This document shows, piece after piece, positions 50,701 through 64,000 of a stretch of 64,000 nucleotides of DNA (its first letter is position 1; every line of letters begins with the position of its first letter). Under the pieces are notes generated by a model that was not told where the DNA came from, searched no databases, and saw only the letters and a list, made by a program, of their open reading frames with translations. The translations under genes were made by a program, and so were the position numbers. The DNA comes from Azolla caroliniana (lineage: Eukaryota > Plantae > Polypodiophyta): positions 7,936,001-8,000,000 of the forward strand of contig JBHGNT010000002.1 of NCBI GenBank assembly GCA_043228905.1, in the 5' to 3' direction.

Positions 50701-52809
50701 GAATATGGAGGACCTTTGATCTTTGAGGGTTATAAATAATACCTCTATGGAAAATATTTCCTTGATAATGAAACAAAAGACTGTGTCAAATAAGTTTTTG
50801 TCATCCCTTAAACATCAAGTTATTTAATTTTATATAAGTGCTTTGGAAAGTTAAGGAAATCTCATTATTCCCAGCATCTGCATGTTGCTTGCATCGGAGG
50901 ATTTGATGCGAAATGCTATTTATATTAGTTTTTAACCGAGAAACTTTATCCTTAATCCACAACTAAATATTTACTTTGCTTTCTTGTTTAACCTTCTAAT
51001 ATATTTTATCAGTTTGCATTCATTAATCTAGAGACAAGGTCTATGCCATGCTTTCTGGGGTTTGGCTTATAATCAATTTTGTTTGTGCAATGTCGTTTAT
51101 TTTAAGTGTCTTGAAATAATGAGATAATATAATGTAACATTGACACAATGAACCACTTTTCAAATCATATTAATTTTGAAGTTGCCCTTCCTAATGCATT
51201 GTAACCTCGATATTGTCATTAGCAAATGATTATATACCTTTCTTGCAAAAACAAAACGGTATAACAATCACATGCTAGAATTTGTTATTTTAAAACACTA
51301 TTTTTACAAGTGCAACTGTTCGCATAAGAATAATAATCTTTATGGCAATTTCAATTTAGGCAATATGCCAACTGTTGTAAAAGGCTATTTCTTTCATGTG
51401 GCAACTTCAATCACCCACTTAAATTAGAATTCCTTTTTGGAGGATTGTTACTTGGAATACAAACAATATTGTGAAGTTAACTGCACATGGGGCTCACACT
51501 CACGCATTGTGCATGTGTCCAAATTGACACATACCCAATTTTCACGACCAAGTCATGGTTGCCTCAGTCATGCATTTATAATGAAATATGTTCTTTTCTT
51601 GGTCATATTCATGCTAGACACGAAAAACAGGACCCCAAACTTCTTTTGATTGTTGAGTAGGCTATGCTTGTACGCGCCAATTAGTTTTTAATTCGCATAC
51701 GTAAACATCTAAAGATTCACACACAAGTAGTCCTACATATTCACATGTACATTGCTTTCAGTTATATGTGTGTAAATGGAGACATTATGCATATTGAGTT
51801 AGAATAACAAGAATGAAAAGTGATGACACAACATCAAATGCAGTTGGGATTTTGATCGAAATATGGCAAACCTCTAAGCAAAACTCATAACATGGGAAGA
51901 GTAGTAATGAAAAGAACTTGCATCACTTTCTATAGATATTGCCTTTACCCAACATCTCATTCATGATCTCATATGTCCTAGATTCTATGTTGGAAAACAT
52001 GTAAAATGCTTTGAAAATTATAAACTATATCTTAAAACAAGGCAAAGATAAGTGATTTCCTCTCAAACTTTATTTATCGTTTTCAATGATTCAATATGTA
52101 GATATTCCTTCGTACAATGCTAGAGACTAATATTTTGCGTTTCCTATAAAATTATTGTTATGATCATGGGTTGTGATATGAAATACTCCCCCTTCTTGTC
52201 AGCTTAACATATTCGCTCAAGAGAGATATAAGCATCTCTTTGATCAAGCATGATCATGATATCAATTGAGGGAAAAACTAGTTTCATACTCAAACAACAA
52301 AAAATCCTCCCAAGTATTTTTTAAGAAAAAATGTAAATATAACTTTATGTTACGATAACCTTGCACAATAGATACCTTTTCTCGAAAATGACGTTGACAA
52401 CTCAAGCTTAATGTTCTAATTTTGACCTCACTTGACAACCACTCATCATATCCTTGTGCCATCAAAGCATTAACCTTTATGTTGTAGTTTCTTGGTGATT
52501 ATGCATTGCTTTAATCTAAAGTTTGAGTTTTCTTCATTGTAATTATTGTACCCCAAATGGAAAAACATTTATTGTGTTTTTGTCGATATTATGGACGGTT
52601 TTTCATCTTTCAGTTTCCATCAAAAGTTTCTTTCTAGTTTGGCATCTCAACATTTTAAAAGATGAATAAATTGCCTCACCTTCTATTGTTATTGAATGAA
52701 GAAAAAATATAGAATAACTATATATTAGTATCTATAAAAGGCCAAAATGATCCATGAGGTTTCGTTGAAAAGATGATGCGAAGATTGTTTTCCTACTTCT
52801 ATCTTTTTT

Positions 52810-54077
52810 TATGTTAAAGATTTTCTTCAATAGTATTAAGAAAAAACGCCCGAAGGCTACAACTTGAACTTGTCTGCCAGAAGCTTACAACTTTTTATGT
52901 ACAATGATGTACGGTAATCCTAAGACCAAATATAGGACTTTGTAGAAGGTGTTGGAATTTGTTGATGTACATTGGCATGATGTACTGATACTCAAGAAAG
53001 GGTTCATGGAAGACGATAGTGCCATTGAGGCTCTTGAGTTGACACAGTAAAGAGGGGCAATTTTTTCCATAAGTGACGAAGCTTCTTCCTTCTCTTATTC
53101 AAAGTCTCTAGGGAACCATGCATATTGTCATATTGGCTGCAGACTACTGCCAGCAAGTTCTCCCATATCTCGGGCAATACATTTGACAGACGAAAATCTG
53201 GCGCATCATAAAGTCGGTTACATCGACATTTCCATAATGCCCACAATGTTACCATAGTCACTGTTTTCCAAACTTGGACAGATTCGCACATGCTTTCGAG
53301 GTTGTTGAAAGGGACTAACTAATATCAATATTCTATTATTCACCATCATTGCCTCATGAACACCGTCTGCCTCATACAACATCAAGCTGGAATGTAACAC
53401 TCCTCACATCGTTGATCCCATGAAAATAGGCAGCTGAAATTGATTGTTAGGAATAAAGAAAGGACTTTATTCCATACTTGCTGAGCCAAGGGACAAGACT
53501 AGAGGACATACTTGGTAATCTCCTGAGTTGCATGGAAAAAAGCTACATTGCCTAAGATTTGGCACTACATTCCCTTTCAATGAATGACCAACTGGTAATG
53601 CCATATGCACTAATAGCTTTCTGAAGAGAATAAATTTAGTTGGCCCCTTAAATGACCAGGTCCATCTCCAATAGGTTTTCAAATGCAACGTTGAGAAACC
53701 CCAGTTAGTCCAATGTTTCTAAGTTGTCGGTACCGTTACATTTCGAGAGAGCAATAATGATCTTCCAAGTTTGACTAAGTATTGAAAGAAGGGAACCTTT
53801 ATGGTCTATTCCCCCAAGGAGTGTGACCAAAACCAACCCCTGGGATCCCATATTAATCTTGCAATAGGGGCTTTTGCATACACCCACAACATATCACACA
53901 TGTGAGCAATGGAAGGATAAGGATCAAGCATCCATTTCTTTTCAGTTTTAGCCGTAGATACCTACAATCAAAGGTATAAGGTTGTAAGCTGTTGTTGTCC
54001 AGAACCTCAAAATAAGAAGCGCACCCATTAGGTGAAACACCATTGAAAGCCAACAATGTGTCATTTATGAAGCATCT
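52810..54077 (-). mobile_element. L1-like LINE 3' region (zf-RVT-like)
   Basis: YWRWTW..PTKFILF..LLVH.ALPVG and TLWALWKCRCNRLY...EIWENL. A-rich end near 52810. Confidence 0.7.
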
Positions 54078-54210
54078 TGTGAATGTTAATGTGCGGAAGC
54101 GTAAGACAGAACCGGCTCAGCCGGATAACAATAGAAAATGAGACGAAGGTTTAATTGAAAAGCTTCAAACACAGAGGAGACAAAGAGAGCAAAACATAAA
54201 ACTATGTCCC
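54078..54210 (-). mobile_element. Distal part of a copia family B 3' LTR, split by the 54211-59764 insertion (rest at 59765-60058)
   Basis: Reverse complement TTCTATTGTTATCCGGCTGAGCCGGTT...GCTTCCGCACATTAACATTCACA matches the end of LTR 14144-14692. Confidence 0.8.
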
Positions 54211-57200
54211 TGTTGAGAATCAAGCTAAACTTGGTCTAGTGTGTGAACTCACCTTGAGAGTGAATAGACACTCCAACAGTCAAGAGTCACCATTATGTCA
54301 CCACTTTATATTCTAGCATTTAGTATGAGTCATAGAATCATATTCTATGACACATAACTTATGAGCTTTCACATTCCCCATGCTCCATGAGTCTTGTAGT
54401 TAATGAAGAGAGAGGGTGACTATATAAAGCATCCTCCTCCCACCTTGTACATGTTGAGTCTTTCTCCTTTGTTAATATACTTTTACCTTGCGTATTCTCT
54501 GTGTCTTATTCCTTGTCTCTCTCACTCACTCTCACTCACTCTCTCTCTCTCATACACACACATAACTCATATCTCTTCCGCTTCACAAGAATCCATCTCT
54601 TGATTCTTTATATGGTATCAGAGCGATTTGGTAGTTTGATCTAGCCCATTCGCCTCATCGTGATCGTGTGTTGTGCTCCACGCCGACGACCAAGAACCGG
54701 CTCATCGCTATCGTAGCTTCGCTACATAGCTCGCATTCGAAGAGAGAAGAAGAAGAAGAAGAATCGACATAATGAATACTCAAATGGGGAGCGCTCTCCC
54801 TACCGAGAAGTTGGATCAAAACAACTTCGCATCTTGGGAATACAAGATGCACCAATAACTTGTTGGACAAGGCTATTGGAGCTACATCAAAGGAGCGCAC
54901 AAAGACTGACCCGTCGACATGGCTCCCGGATACGCGACATGGGAGAAAGCCGCAAGCCGCGTGATGTATTGTTTGGCGACATGTGTTCACGACCACATGC
55001 TCGGTTACATTCGAGAAGCCAAGACGCCGAAGGAACCGTGGGAAAATCTATGAAAGATTTTCGCCGCCAACACGACCGCGAGGAAGATTCAACTCCGCCA
55101 AGAGTTGAACAACATTCAACAAAGGGACATGTCCATCACGACATACACCTTGAAGATCAAGGAGCTTTGTGACTCGCTCGGCTCAATAAGCGTAAGTATC
55201 GATGATGATGAGATGGTGCAAATATGCCTCGGCGGCCTCGCACCACAGTTCAGCGCGATGCGAACCGTCGTTCTAGCAAGGGAGAAATCTCCCTCCTTCT
55301 TCGAGCTCCAATCAATGCTATTGATTGAAGAAAACCACGTGCGTACAAGGAGCAATGAGTCGGAAGGTCACATGCTCTACACACACTCGAATGGAGGAAG
55401 AGGACGCAGACGAGTGAGAGGCCGATTCGGCCAAGGACAAGGCGGACGAGGTCCGACCTACGACAACTCCCAATTTCGGCCGCAAAATGGAAGCCAACGA
55501 GGAACCTTCGCAAGAAGGGGGAGCTTCCACTCCGGCCCGAGCCGTCAAAACGCAACCGAATGCAGATATTGCGGAAAGTTTGGCCACCATGAAGAAGAGT
55601 GCCGAAAGAAGATGCACGAAACGACTTTCACAAGCCGACAACTCACGAATTACGCGCACAATTCCGACTACGAAGAGTATAGCGGAATGTACGGGCACAA
55701 CTCCGACTACGAAGATCGTGGCGGAATGTATGCACACAACTTTGACCGTGGCGAAATGTATGGGCACAACTCCGACTACGAAGATCATGGCGGAATGTAT
55801 GCACACAACTCCGACCGTGGCAGAATGTTCATGATGAAACATAGAGCAAACTCTATGTCGGCCTCTACCTCAACGAGTTTCTGTGGTCAGGAAGACGTAT
55901 GGTTCATCGACTCCGGTGCCTCGAACCATATGACATCGCATCAAGAATGGTTCCGAGAACTTCGAGAGCCGGACTGACCCAGCTATGTCGAAACTGGAGA
56001 CGACACTACGCACCCGATTCGGCACATCGGCAATGTTCTGTTCGGAAAAGAAGGTAAGCAAAATTACATTAAAAATGTCTTGCATGTACTGACCATTACG
56101 AAGAATTTGGTCTTCATCGGCCAAATTGTAGAGCAAGGGATGCAAGTTCGATTTAATCAAGGTGGTTGCTTCATCGAAAAAGAGGGCCGACTCATCGCAC
56201 GCGGACGAAGAGAGGGCCGAATGTTCATTCTCGACTCACACAAGATGAAATCGGCCATGTTCGCAAAGGGCATGAAAGCCGACTCCAACATAGAGTTATG
56301 GCACAAGCGGATTGGCCATATAAATCTCCAAAAGCTCAAAGCAATGAAATCGAAAGGAGTCGTCATCGGACTCCCGACATTCAAAGAGAAGGAGATTGAA
56401 GGTGTATGCGAATCGTGCCAATTCGGCAAGCAACACCGACACCCATTCCCGAAAGAGCGGAACGAGAGCAAAGGTCTACTCGACGTAGTCCATTCCGACG
56501 TATGGGGACTGGCGCAGACGACTATATTTGGCGGATGCCGATATCACGTGCTCTTCATCGACGACTTCTCTAGGCACACTTGGATCTACCCGATGCAACA
56601 AAAGAGCGAAGTGTTCAGACACTTCCAAACATTCAAGAATGAAGTCGAGAAAGCCACGAGCTGATATGTACGTTGTCTTCGATCGGATGGGCGCAAGGAG
56701 TACTTCTCGGATGATTTCACGACGTATCTCCGAAAGGAAGGAATTTAGCGAGAATTTGCTTGCCGACGCACTCCGCAACAAAATGGAGTAGACGAGCGCA
56801 AAAATCGGCACATCCTCGAAGTAGCGCGGACCATGATGAACGAGAAGCATATGCCCAAGTCATATTGGGCCGAAGTTGCAAATACGGCCGTCTACCTAAT
56901 GAACCGATGCACAACATCCGGTGTGCACGAGGTCACTCTGCACGAAAAATACTTCAGAAAGAAGCCGGACTTATCGCACATCCGGATATTCGGCGCGATA
57001 GCGTACGTGCACATCCCCAACGAGAAGCGTCACAGGCTTGACCCAAAGTCGGAGAAATGTATCCTCGTAGGATACTCATTGGAGAAAAAGGGGTACAAGT
57101 GCTACAACCCCTCAACTCGAAAATCTCGAGTAAGTCGAGACGTTGTTTTTGACGAGTCCACATCCTACTACGCACCAGAGACAACTTTGACTCCGACTCC

Positions 57201-59764
57201 GCTCGACCCGGAATCCGCCGAACAAGAGTTAGAGGATGAAGATCGCCTTATGCGCATGTTCGAAGAAAGTCCGATCACGACCCGACTGAGCGGACCACAA
57301 GAGCCTTTGAGTGATCAAAGCACATCATGGCCTAGCCCGAAGATGGACAAAGGCAAGGCGAAAATGGCGGAATACGCAGACGATCGCTTCGACGACGATG
57401 AGTCGACTCACTCACTCGACAGTGAGTTCGGCGGCTTCGATGTAACAATCGGAGCTAAGAAAGCCCTCATCTCTGCAAATGAAAAGCTCCGTCGCTCCAC
57501 CCGTGAAAAGAATCCGGTCAGCTGATTCGGCTACAATGACTACATGGCATATCATTACGCCTTTATGATGAAGGTAGCAACAGTACGGGAGCCGGAAACC
57601 TTTTCCGAAGCCGTGAAGGACCCACGATGGATCAAAGCAATGAACGAGGAGATGCGTGCATTACACAAGAACGAGACATGGGATCTCGTTCCCCACTCAC
57701 CGCACAGGAAGGCAATCGGGTGCAGATGGATCTACAAGGTGAAGTATAACACCGATGGCTCTGTAAACCGCTACAAAGCTCAACTCGTAGCGAAAGGATA
57801 CGCTCACACGCATGGCGTCTACTATGAAGAGACCTTTGCCCCGGTGGCAAAGATGATGACGGTGCGGACCGTGATCGCACTTGCAGCGGCGAAAGGGTGG
57901 CACCTCCATCAAATGGACGTCAAGAACGCCTTTCTACAAGGCGAATTAGAAGAGGAGGTGTACATGATACAACCACCCGGCTTCAACTCGAGCACCCTTC
58001 CGAAAGCTGTATGCCGACTCAAGAAGCCACTCTACGGCCTCAAGCAAGGACCGCGTGCTTGGCATTCGAAGATAACGCAATATCTTCATCAAATTGGCTT
58101 CCGTATGTCAAAATCGGACAACTCCCTCTACATACGAAGCGATTCCACAAGTCCGATTGTCATCATCTTATATGTGGGTGACCTAGTAATTGGCGGTGAG
58201 CATCTCGTCGACATCAATAAGGTCAAATCCCTCCTTTCCGACAAGTTCGAGATGACGGACATGAAGGAGCTCCACTACTTACTCGGCGTCGAGGTAATTC
58301 GGACTCCGGCCGGAATCATGATCTCTCAACGGCACTACATCCTCAACTTGTTATACAAGTTTGGTATGGCTGAGTGCAAACTAGATGCGAACTTCGGCAC
58401 CAATGTGTGTGAGCCGACTCAGTATCGGCGACTCATCGGGAGTCTCATATACCTCACGATCACTCAACCCGATCTCAGTTATCCGGTCGGTCTCCTTAGC
58501 CAGTTCATGCAAACACCGCGTGATGCTCACTTGGATTGCGCTAAGCGAGTTCTACGATACGTGAGCGGCACAATGGATTGTGGCATCCTCTACAAGATCG
58601 TGATGCCAATATGACTCGAGGGGTACACAGACGCTGATTGGGCTGGCTACAAAGCTGATAGAAGATCAACCTCTGGATTTGTTTTCTCCCTCGGCAGCGG
58701 AGCAATATCCTAGAGCAGCAAAAAGCAACCAACCGTCGCTCTTTCGAGCACAGAGGCGGAATACAGGGGCGCGACAGTGGCTGCATGTGAAGCCGTATGG
58801 CTCAAAAGGATACTCAAGGATTTGGGCGTACCCATCAAGGATCCGACTTCCCTTTACTGTGACAACATGAGCAATATCTATTAGGCTCGGAACCCGGTGT
58901 TTCACGTGCAGACAAAGCACATCGAAGTGCACTATCACTTCATCCGAGAGCGCGTTCTAGTTGGTGATGTCGACCTACAACACATTAGCACCAATATTCA
59001 AATGGCCGACATCTTCACTAAAGCCTTAAGAGCCGACAAGCTATGGCAATTCATGACCGATCTCGGATTGACGATCCCTGACCTGCCAAGCTTGAGGGGG
59101 AGTGCTGAAGACACTACGCAATAACGGGTAGATTCCGCAACTGCGCACTACGCAATAACGCGTGGATTTCGCAATCGCGCAGCAAAGCCGTGAAGAAAGA
59201 CGCAAGCCGAAGCACAGACTTCACAACTATGCACAATGCAAGCTGGAGCACGTATTCCGCAACTCCGCATAAATTCGAGTCGACGCGGACTTCGGAACGC
59301 AAGTCGAAGCGGATTTCGGATACCGTCTGAAACCAACTTGACTTGAGCTTGAGGGGGCGGGGCGTGTTGAGAATCAAGCTCAACTTGGTCTAGTGTGTGA
59401 ACTCACCTTGAGAGTGAATAGACAATCAACTGGTCAAGAGTCACCATTATGTCACCACTTTGTATTCTAGCATTTAGTATGAGTCATAGAATCATATTCT
59501 ATGACACATAACTTATGAGCTTTCACATTCCCCATGCTCCATGAGTCTTGTAGTTAATGAAGAGAGAGGGTGACTATATAAAGCATCCTCCTCCCACCTT
59601 GTACATGTTGAGTCTTTCTCCTTTGTTAATATACTTTTACCTTGCGTATTCTCTGTGTCTTATTCCTTGTCTCTCTCACTCACTCTCACTCACTCTCTCT
59701 CTCATACACACACATAACTCATATCTCTTCCGCTTCACAAGAATCCATCTCTTGATTCTTTACA
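54211..59764 (+). mobile_element. Full-length Ty1/copia (family A); LTRs 54211-54612 and 59365-59764; gag-pol interrupted by stops
   Basis: Near-identical ~400-bp LTRs, TSD GTCCC/ATCCC, PBS TGGTATCAGAGC at 54613. Domains: CRYCGKFGHHEEEC knuckle, WFIDSGASNHM protease, WHKRIGH, VHSDVWG integrase, RT, YTDADW RNase H, PPT. Confidence 0.95.
55651..55830 (+). repeat. In-frame 39/30-bp tandem repeat in gag-pol (Y[AG]HNSDYEDxGGM x5)
   Basis: Visible in ORF 55105-55977 between the zinc knuckle and the protease. Confidence 0.9.
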
Positions 59765-62322
59765 ATCCCAAAAAATTAACTCTAAAACTCTGTACATATA
59801 ACGTGCTAAACAACACTATTTATACAAGTTCATAAAGGGCTGACAGAAATACTGACAGATACTTCAATGCTCACACGTGCGACTAACACTAACTACAAGA
59901 CAATGATTACCTAGTATTCTAGGCTACTACTAGGCTTCCGGTTCCCGCTCGAATCCGGCTCTCCGATCCGGCCGGTTGTTTCCAGATACCATTCAGATGT
60001 CGATCCGGCTTAGGCTTATTCAGCCGATCCGGATCCGGTTGAGCTTGCTCGCTCAACACTCCCCCTCAAGCTCAACTTGAGGTCGGATCGTGGTGTTAGT
60101 GTCCACAACAGCCGGTTCTTCTACCCAGCTCCTTCTGGCGTTGCTCCGCCTCGCTCGTGCTCCGCGTCCGGTTTGGTCTTGTTTGCCGCGACCCTTCTGG
60201 TTTTGCGCACCTCGACCTCCTTGGTCGTCTTGTCTGCTCAACAAGCCTATTTCAGCTCCCTCGCTACTGCGACTCCGACCCTTGTCGACCCGTAGGTTCC
60301 TTCGTGTTGGTGTCGACTTCCGCTGCGTCCGTGTCTGTTTAGCCTTTAGTTGATCCGGCTTCTCCGAATCTTGAACTGAATCGGTTTCCTTCGATTCGTT
60401 CCAGCTCTTGTCCGAGTCGGCGTTCTTCAACTCGTCTTCTGGTTTCAGGCCTTTCACCACACCGGACCACATCCGACGGGTTTTGGCCGTTTTCTTCCGG
60501 TCGGCTCTGTCCTTCTTGACTTTGCCGCCGCATGATCACTCCGTCTGGATAACTGAGGTCGGGTCGAGTGATTGTCAAGTATATCAGGCTTCCAACGATT
60601 TGTCGAAACCGTTTCTCATCGCAGGCCGGTGCGGAGTTGGGACAAAGCTTCTGGTTCCGGTCCAGGGGTGTGGAGACAGGTCGACACTCTATCATACCGA
60701 ATTTGTACAACATATTCAACACATAGTGTCGTTGTGAGAGCAATATGCCGTCGGGGGTTCGGATCACCTCGATCCCAAGAAAATAATGAAGGTCCCCCAG
60801 GTCCGTCATTTCAAATGCGTCTGACAGCTGGGACTTTACTTGGCCGATTTCATTGAGTCTGGGTCCGGTGATGACTAAATCATCAACTTAGTAGGATGCA
60901 AACCGAACCGTCTGGACCTTGCCGGATGAACAACGACGAGTCGGATTTAGAGGTCACAAACCCCATCTTATGCAACCGGTGCGTGATCTTCACATTCCAA
61001 GCTCGGGGGGCTTGCTTAAGACCGTAAAGCGACTTCTTGAGCCGGCACACCGCCGATTTGTTCATCTCCGACTGAAAACCAGGAGGTTGGATCATATAGA
61101 CCCGTTCTTCAAGGTCACCTTGAAGAAACACATTCTTCATGTTCATCAGGTGAAGATGCCACCCCCTTGCCGCAACAAACTGCCAGTACCACACAAACCG
61201 TCGTCATCTTCGTTACCGGGGCGAAGGTCTCGTTGTAATCGATTCCCTGGGTCTGTGTGTATCCCTTCGCTACTAACCAGGCCTTGTATCGGTTAACCAA
61301 ACCGTCAACATTGTGCTTTACCTTGTACACCCATTTGCAACTGATCGGTTTATAGTGTCGGGGAGGGTCAACGAGGTCCCATGTGTCGTTGGCATTTAGT
61401 GCCCGCATTTCTTCCTCAATAACGGCACGCTAATTTGCGTCCTTTGCCGCTTCTGCATGGCTCTCCGGCTCACGCACTTCCGCCACCTTAGTCATGAACG
61501 CATAATGATGCGCCATGTACTCATTGTACTCGTACCGCGTAACGGGAAGACCGGCGTAACTTGGTATTACCCGGTTTGGGGCCCTTCTTGGCCAGGTCGG
61601 ACTTCGTTCCCGAAGATTCGCCTTCATCCTTTCCGGAGTTGGATTCGTTCCGATCTGACTCAACGTTGCCGGTTTTGTATTCCGGCCTCTTCTTCTTCCC
61701 CTTCTCTTTGCTCGTGAACCGTCTCCTCGGTTCCTTGTGCGGGGAGAGCACGGAGGAGCCTCCACTACTCGCCGGTTCCTCATCTGACTGGTCATCCCGA
61801 GTCAGCCGCTCATTCAGTCCACTTGGCCGGAATGAGATCGGACTCTCTTCTAGAGTGCCGAAGTCTTCATTTTCTACCTGGACCTCCTCGGGCTCACTAG
61901 CCTCATTTTCCGGAATCGGGTTGTCGTCGGGAGTTGGAGTCGGTAAGGAGTACCATGATACCGTCTCATCAAACTCGACATCTCGGCTTACGCGGACCTG
62001 CTTAGTTCGGGGGTTGTAGCACTTATACCCCTTTTGCTCATGCAAGTAACTAACTAGAATGCACTTCTCCGACTTCGGATCCAACTTCCTCCGCTTCTCA
62101 TCCGGTACACGCACATATGCTATGCTACCGAATATTCGAAGGTGTCTCAAATTCGGCTTTTGCCCGAAATATAGCTCATTTGCTGACACCTTGTTACCGA
62201 TCCGGTTTTGGATGTAGACGGCCATCCGAACCGCCTCGGCCCAGTAGAAATGGGGCATGCTCTTCTACTCCAGCATTGCCCTTGCCGCGTCGACAATCGA
62301 CCGGTTCTTCGTTTTGGCCACA
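59765..62322 (-). mobile_element. Copia family B truncated element (integrase C-half, RT, RNase H deleted, extension, LTR part 59765-60058)
   Basis: YWAEAV, HLRIFG, KLDPKSEKC, TWDLV, YGLKQAPRAW, TRPDLSY. PPT 60059-60070. LTR starts TGTTGAGCGAGCAAGCTCAAC. Confidence 0.9.
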
Positions 62323-62568
62323 TTATAATTTAGAATACTAGTACAAAGTGTTCCATGTATTGATTATATTGATAAAAGAAGTGCCAAAATTGGATATATT
62401 TGCCTTAGAAGCTCCAAGTGTTGTTGAAGCCAACTTATCCATATAGGTTAAACCTTTTCAAACCTCTCAATTAATTTCTCTTATGAATAATCTGTGTCAA
62501 TATTTCCACATGATAGAGGAACATTGGAATAATAATGTTACATGCATAACCATAACTAATCATGAGAT

Positions 62569-63060
62569 ATGTTTCTCCTATCATGCTCGGTCGACGAGTC
62601 TCACTTGACGGTGATTGTCGATACTAGTGCCTTGTTGAGCCTCCTTTCTTTCGAGACATGGGAGAGACTGGGTTTTCTTGTACTAGAAGCATGCAAAGAT
62701 GTGCCCCACAGGTTCAATGGGTCCACAACATGTTGTCTCAGACTACTCATGTGCAATATCAAAACGAAGCACAATGCACATGCAATCAATGCCGACATCC
62801 TCCCACCCGATGTGTTGTACACACCTTGTCTTTTAGGTCAAGATTGGTATCGCGCTAGCCAATGCTTAATACCTCCGAACACAAACACCATCCACTTGCG
62901 TACCTCCATAGGCCTGAATGCTGAATGGATGACTGTTGCTGGGCCATCAAGAGTCAGTACGCCCAAAATCATGACAACCTCGACATGTCACAATCACCTC
63001 ATGTGGAACGCCCCCTTCGGCACCCTCGACATAGTAAGCACTCAACCTCGACATCCTTGA
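62569..63060 (+). mobile_element. Retrotransposon (gypsy-like) aspartic protease remnant
   Basis: VIVDTSALLSLLSFETWERLG...CLLGQDW matches the retropepsin pattern (D[TS]G altered to DTS; LLGxDW). Confidence 0.6.
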
Positions 63061-63299
63061 CTGGCGCCAATAAGCAACCCTAGTCGACCAAATCACACAA
63101 ATGGGTGAACATACATGGGACCTTCACCGATGACCCTCAAAATTTGCAAGTAGTGGTATGGCAAGTACACAAGGTATTTACCAAAGCACAAGGATGGCAT
63201 GAAGGCGCCACCCAGTTCTGGGTACTGAAACATAGTCGCCTATTGAAGAGAAAAGCACGAAATATTGCTCGGCCACAACCGAGTCTTGAATCACTTCAA

Positions 63300-64000
63300 T
63301 GATAATGAAACATAGAGATGGGAAGTAGAGAGTACACAAAGGAAATACACAGGATGTTTACGTGGAAAAACCTAAGTGGGAAAACCATGGGAACCCACAG
63401 ACTCCAACTATCACTATAGGAGAAAGATACAATCAGAGCCTCGGAGGCAATGACCTCGAGCTCTATATCTTCGCCAATCGGCGGTTACAACAGAGTATCG
63501 CTCTGTATCTCACACACTCTCTCTCTGTTGCTCTCTGTACAACAGTTACAACAATATGACAGCAACACTTAGTGATTGCCCTAAGTCATATTTATACTTA
63601 TATGAACTTAGGGCTATTTACAAATATAGCTTCAATAGGCTTACTCAAAACATATTTACAAATATGTCTTCTCTTCCGGTTCTCACCGGGTCCACCCAAT
63701 TTGGCTTCCGAATCTCTTCCGGTTCTCACCAGGTCTTTTTCATTCATAACTAGATCCCATCCGGAGGGACCGATTTCCCAACAATCACCCCCTTCACTCC
63801 GGCATGGGATGTCTCGCTAGCCCGATCCGCTTTCGGCACGCGTCCAGCTTGTCGGTTGTCAACACCTTGGTCAACATGTTTGACCCGTTCTCCTCCGTGT
63901 AGATCTTCATCATCACGCCCTCTTGATCTTCTACTCTCTCCCGGGTCCAGTGGTACCTTCGTTGGATATGTTTCGTCCGGGAATGGTAGGACACATTCTT
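63300..64000 (-). mobile_element. Copia 3' end (RNase H, PPT, LTR ~63300-63783), runs off the window
   Basis: YHSRTKHIQRRYHWTRE...MLTK, then PPT GAAGGGGGTGAT followed by TGTTGG. The LTR contains GGTTTTTCCACGTAAA, common in plant copia LTRs. Confidence 0.8.

Noticed and set aside
47800-52800. Short ORFs in AT-rich intergenic DNA
   Set aside because: 60-85 aa, often non-ATG starts, no domains or splice-consistent structure.

Overview
Land-plant nuclear DNA: spliceosomal GT-AG introns, plant gene families, AT-rich and TE-dense. A non-seed plant such as a fern is my guess and is not provable from this window. Three intron-containing host genes can be built by hand: (1) a 2-exon plastid-targeted-looking membrane protein (-, 3806-6028); (2) a BAHD acyltransferase of the CER2/CER26-like type (+, 33615-35681, plus a 5'UTR intron); (3) a 6-exon RLCK-VII/PBL-type kinase (-, 41504-45308). 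Most of the rest is nested retroelements: several Ty1/copia families (one full-length with paired LTRs at 54211-59764), Ty3/gypsy remnants, a deleted chromovirus, LINE fragments, solo LTRs and MITE-like hairpins. Most unusual items: (a) a 3.2-kb GAG-only LTR element (9440-12670) primed by tRNA-Trp, with a 4-bp TSD, a tRNA-like A-box/B-box module in each LTR, and an open 606-codon ORF despite divergent LTRs; (b) a copia family whose three copies share a charged reading frame (about 225 codons in the most complete copy) between RNase H and the 3' LTR, bracketed by two polypurine tracts; (c) a chromovirus with one clipped end flanked by a ~68-bp duplication; (d) a solo LTR sitting exactly in the YADD motif of a LINE RT. 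All coordinates were read by eye and may be off by a few bases. No database searches were run.
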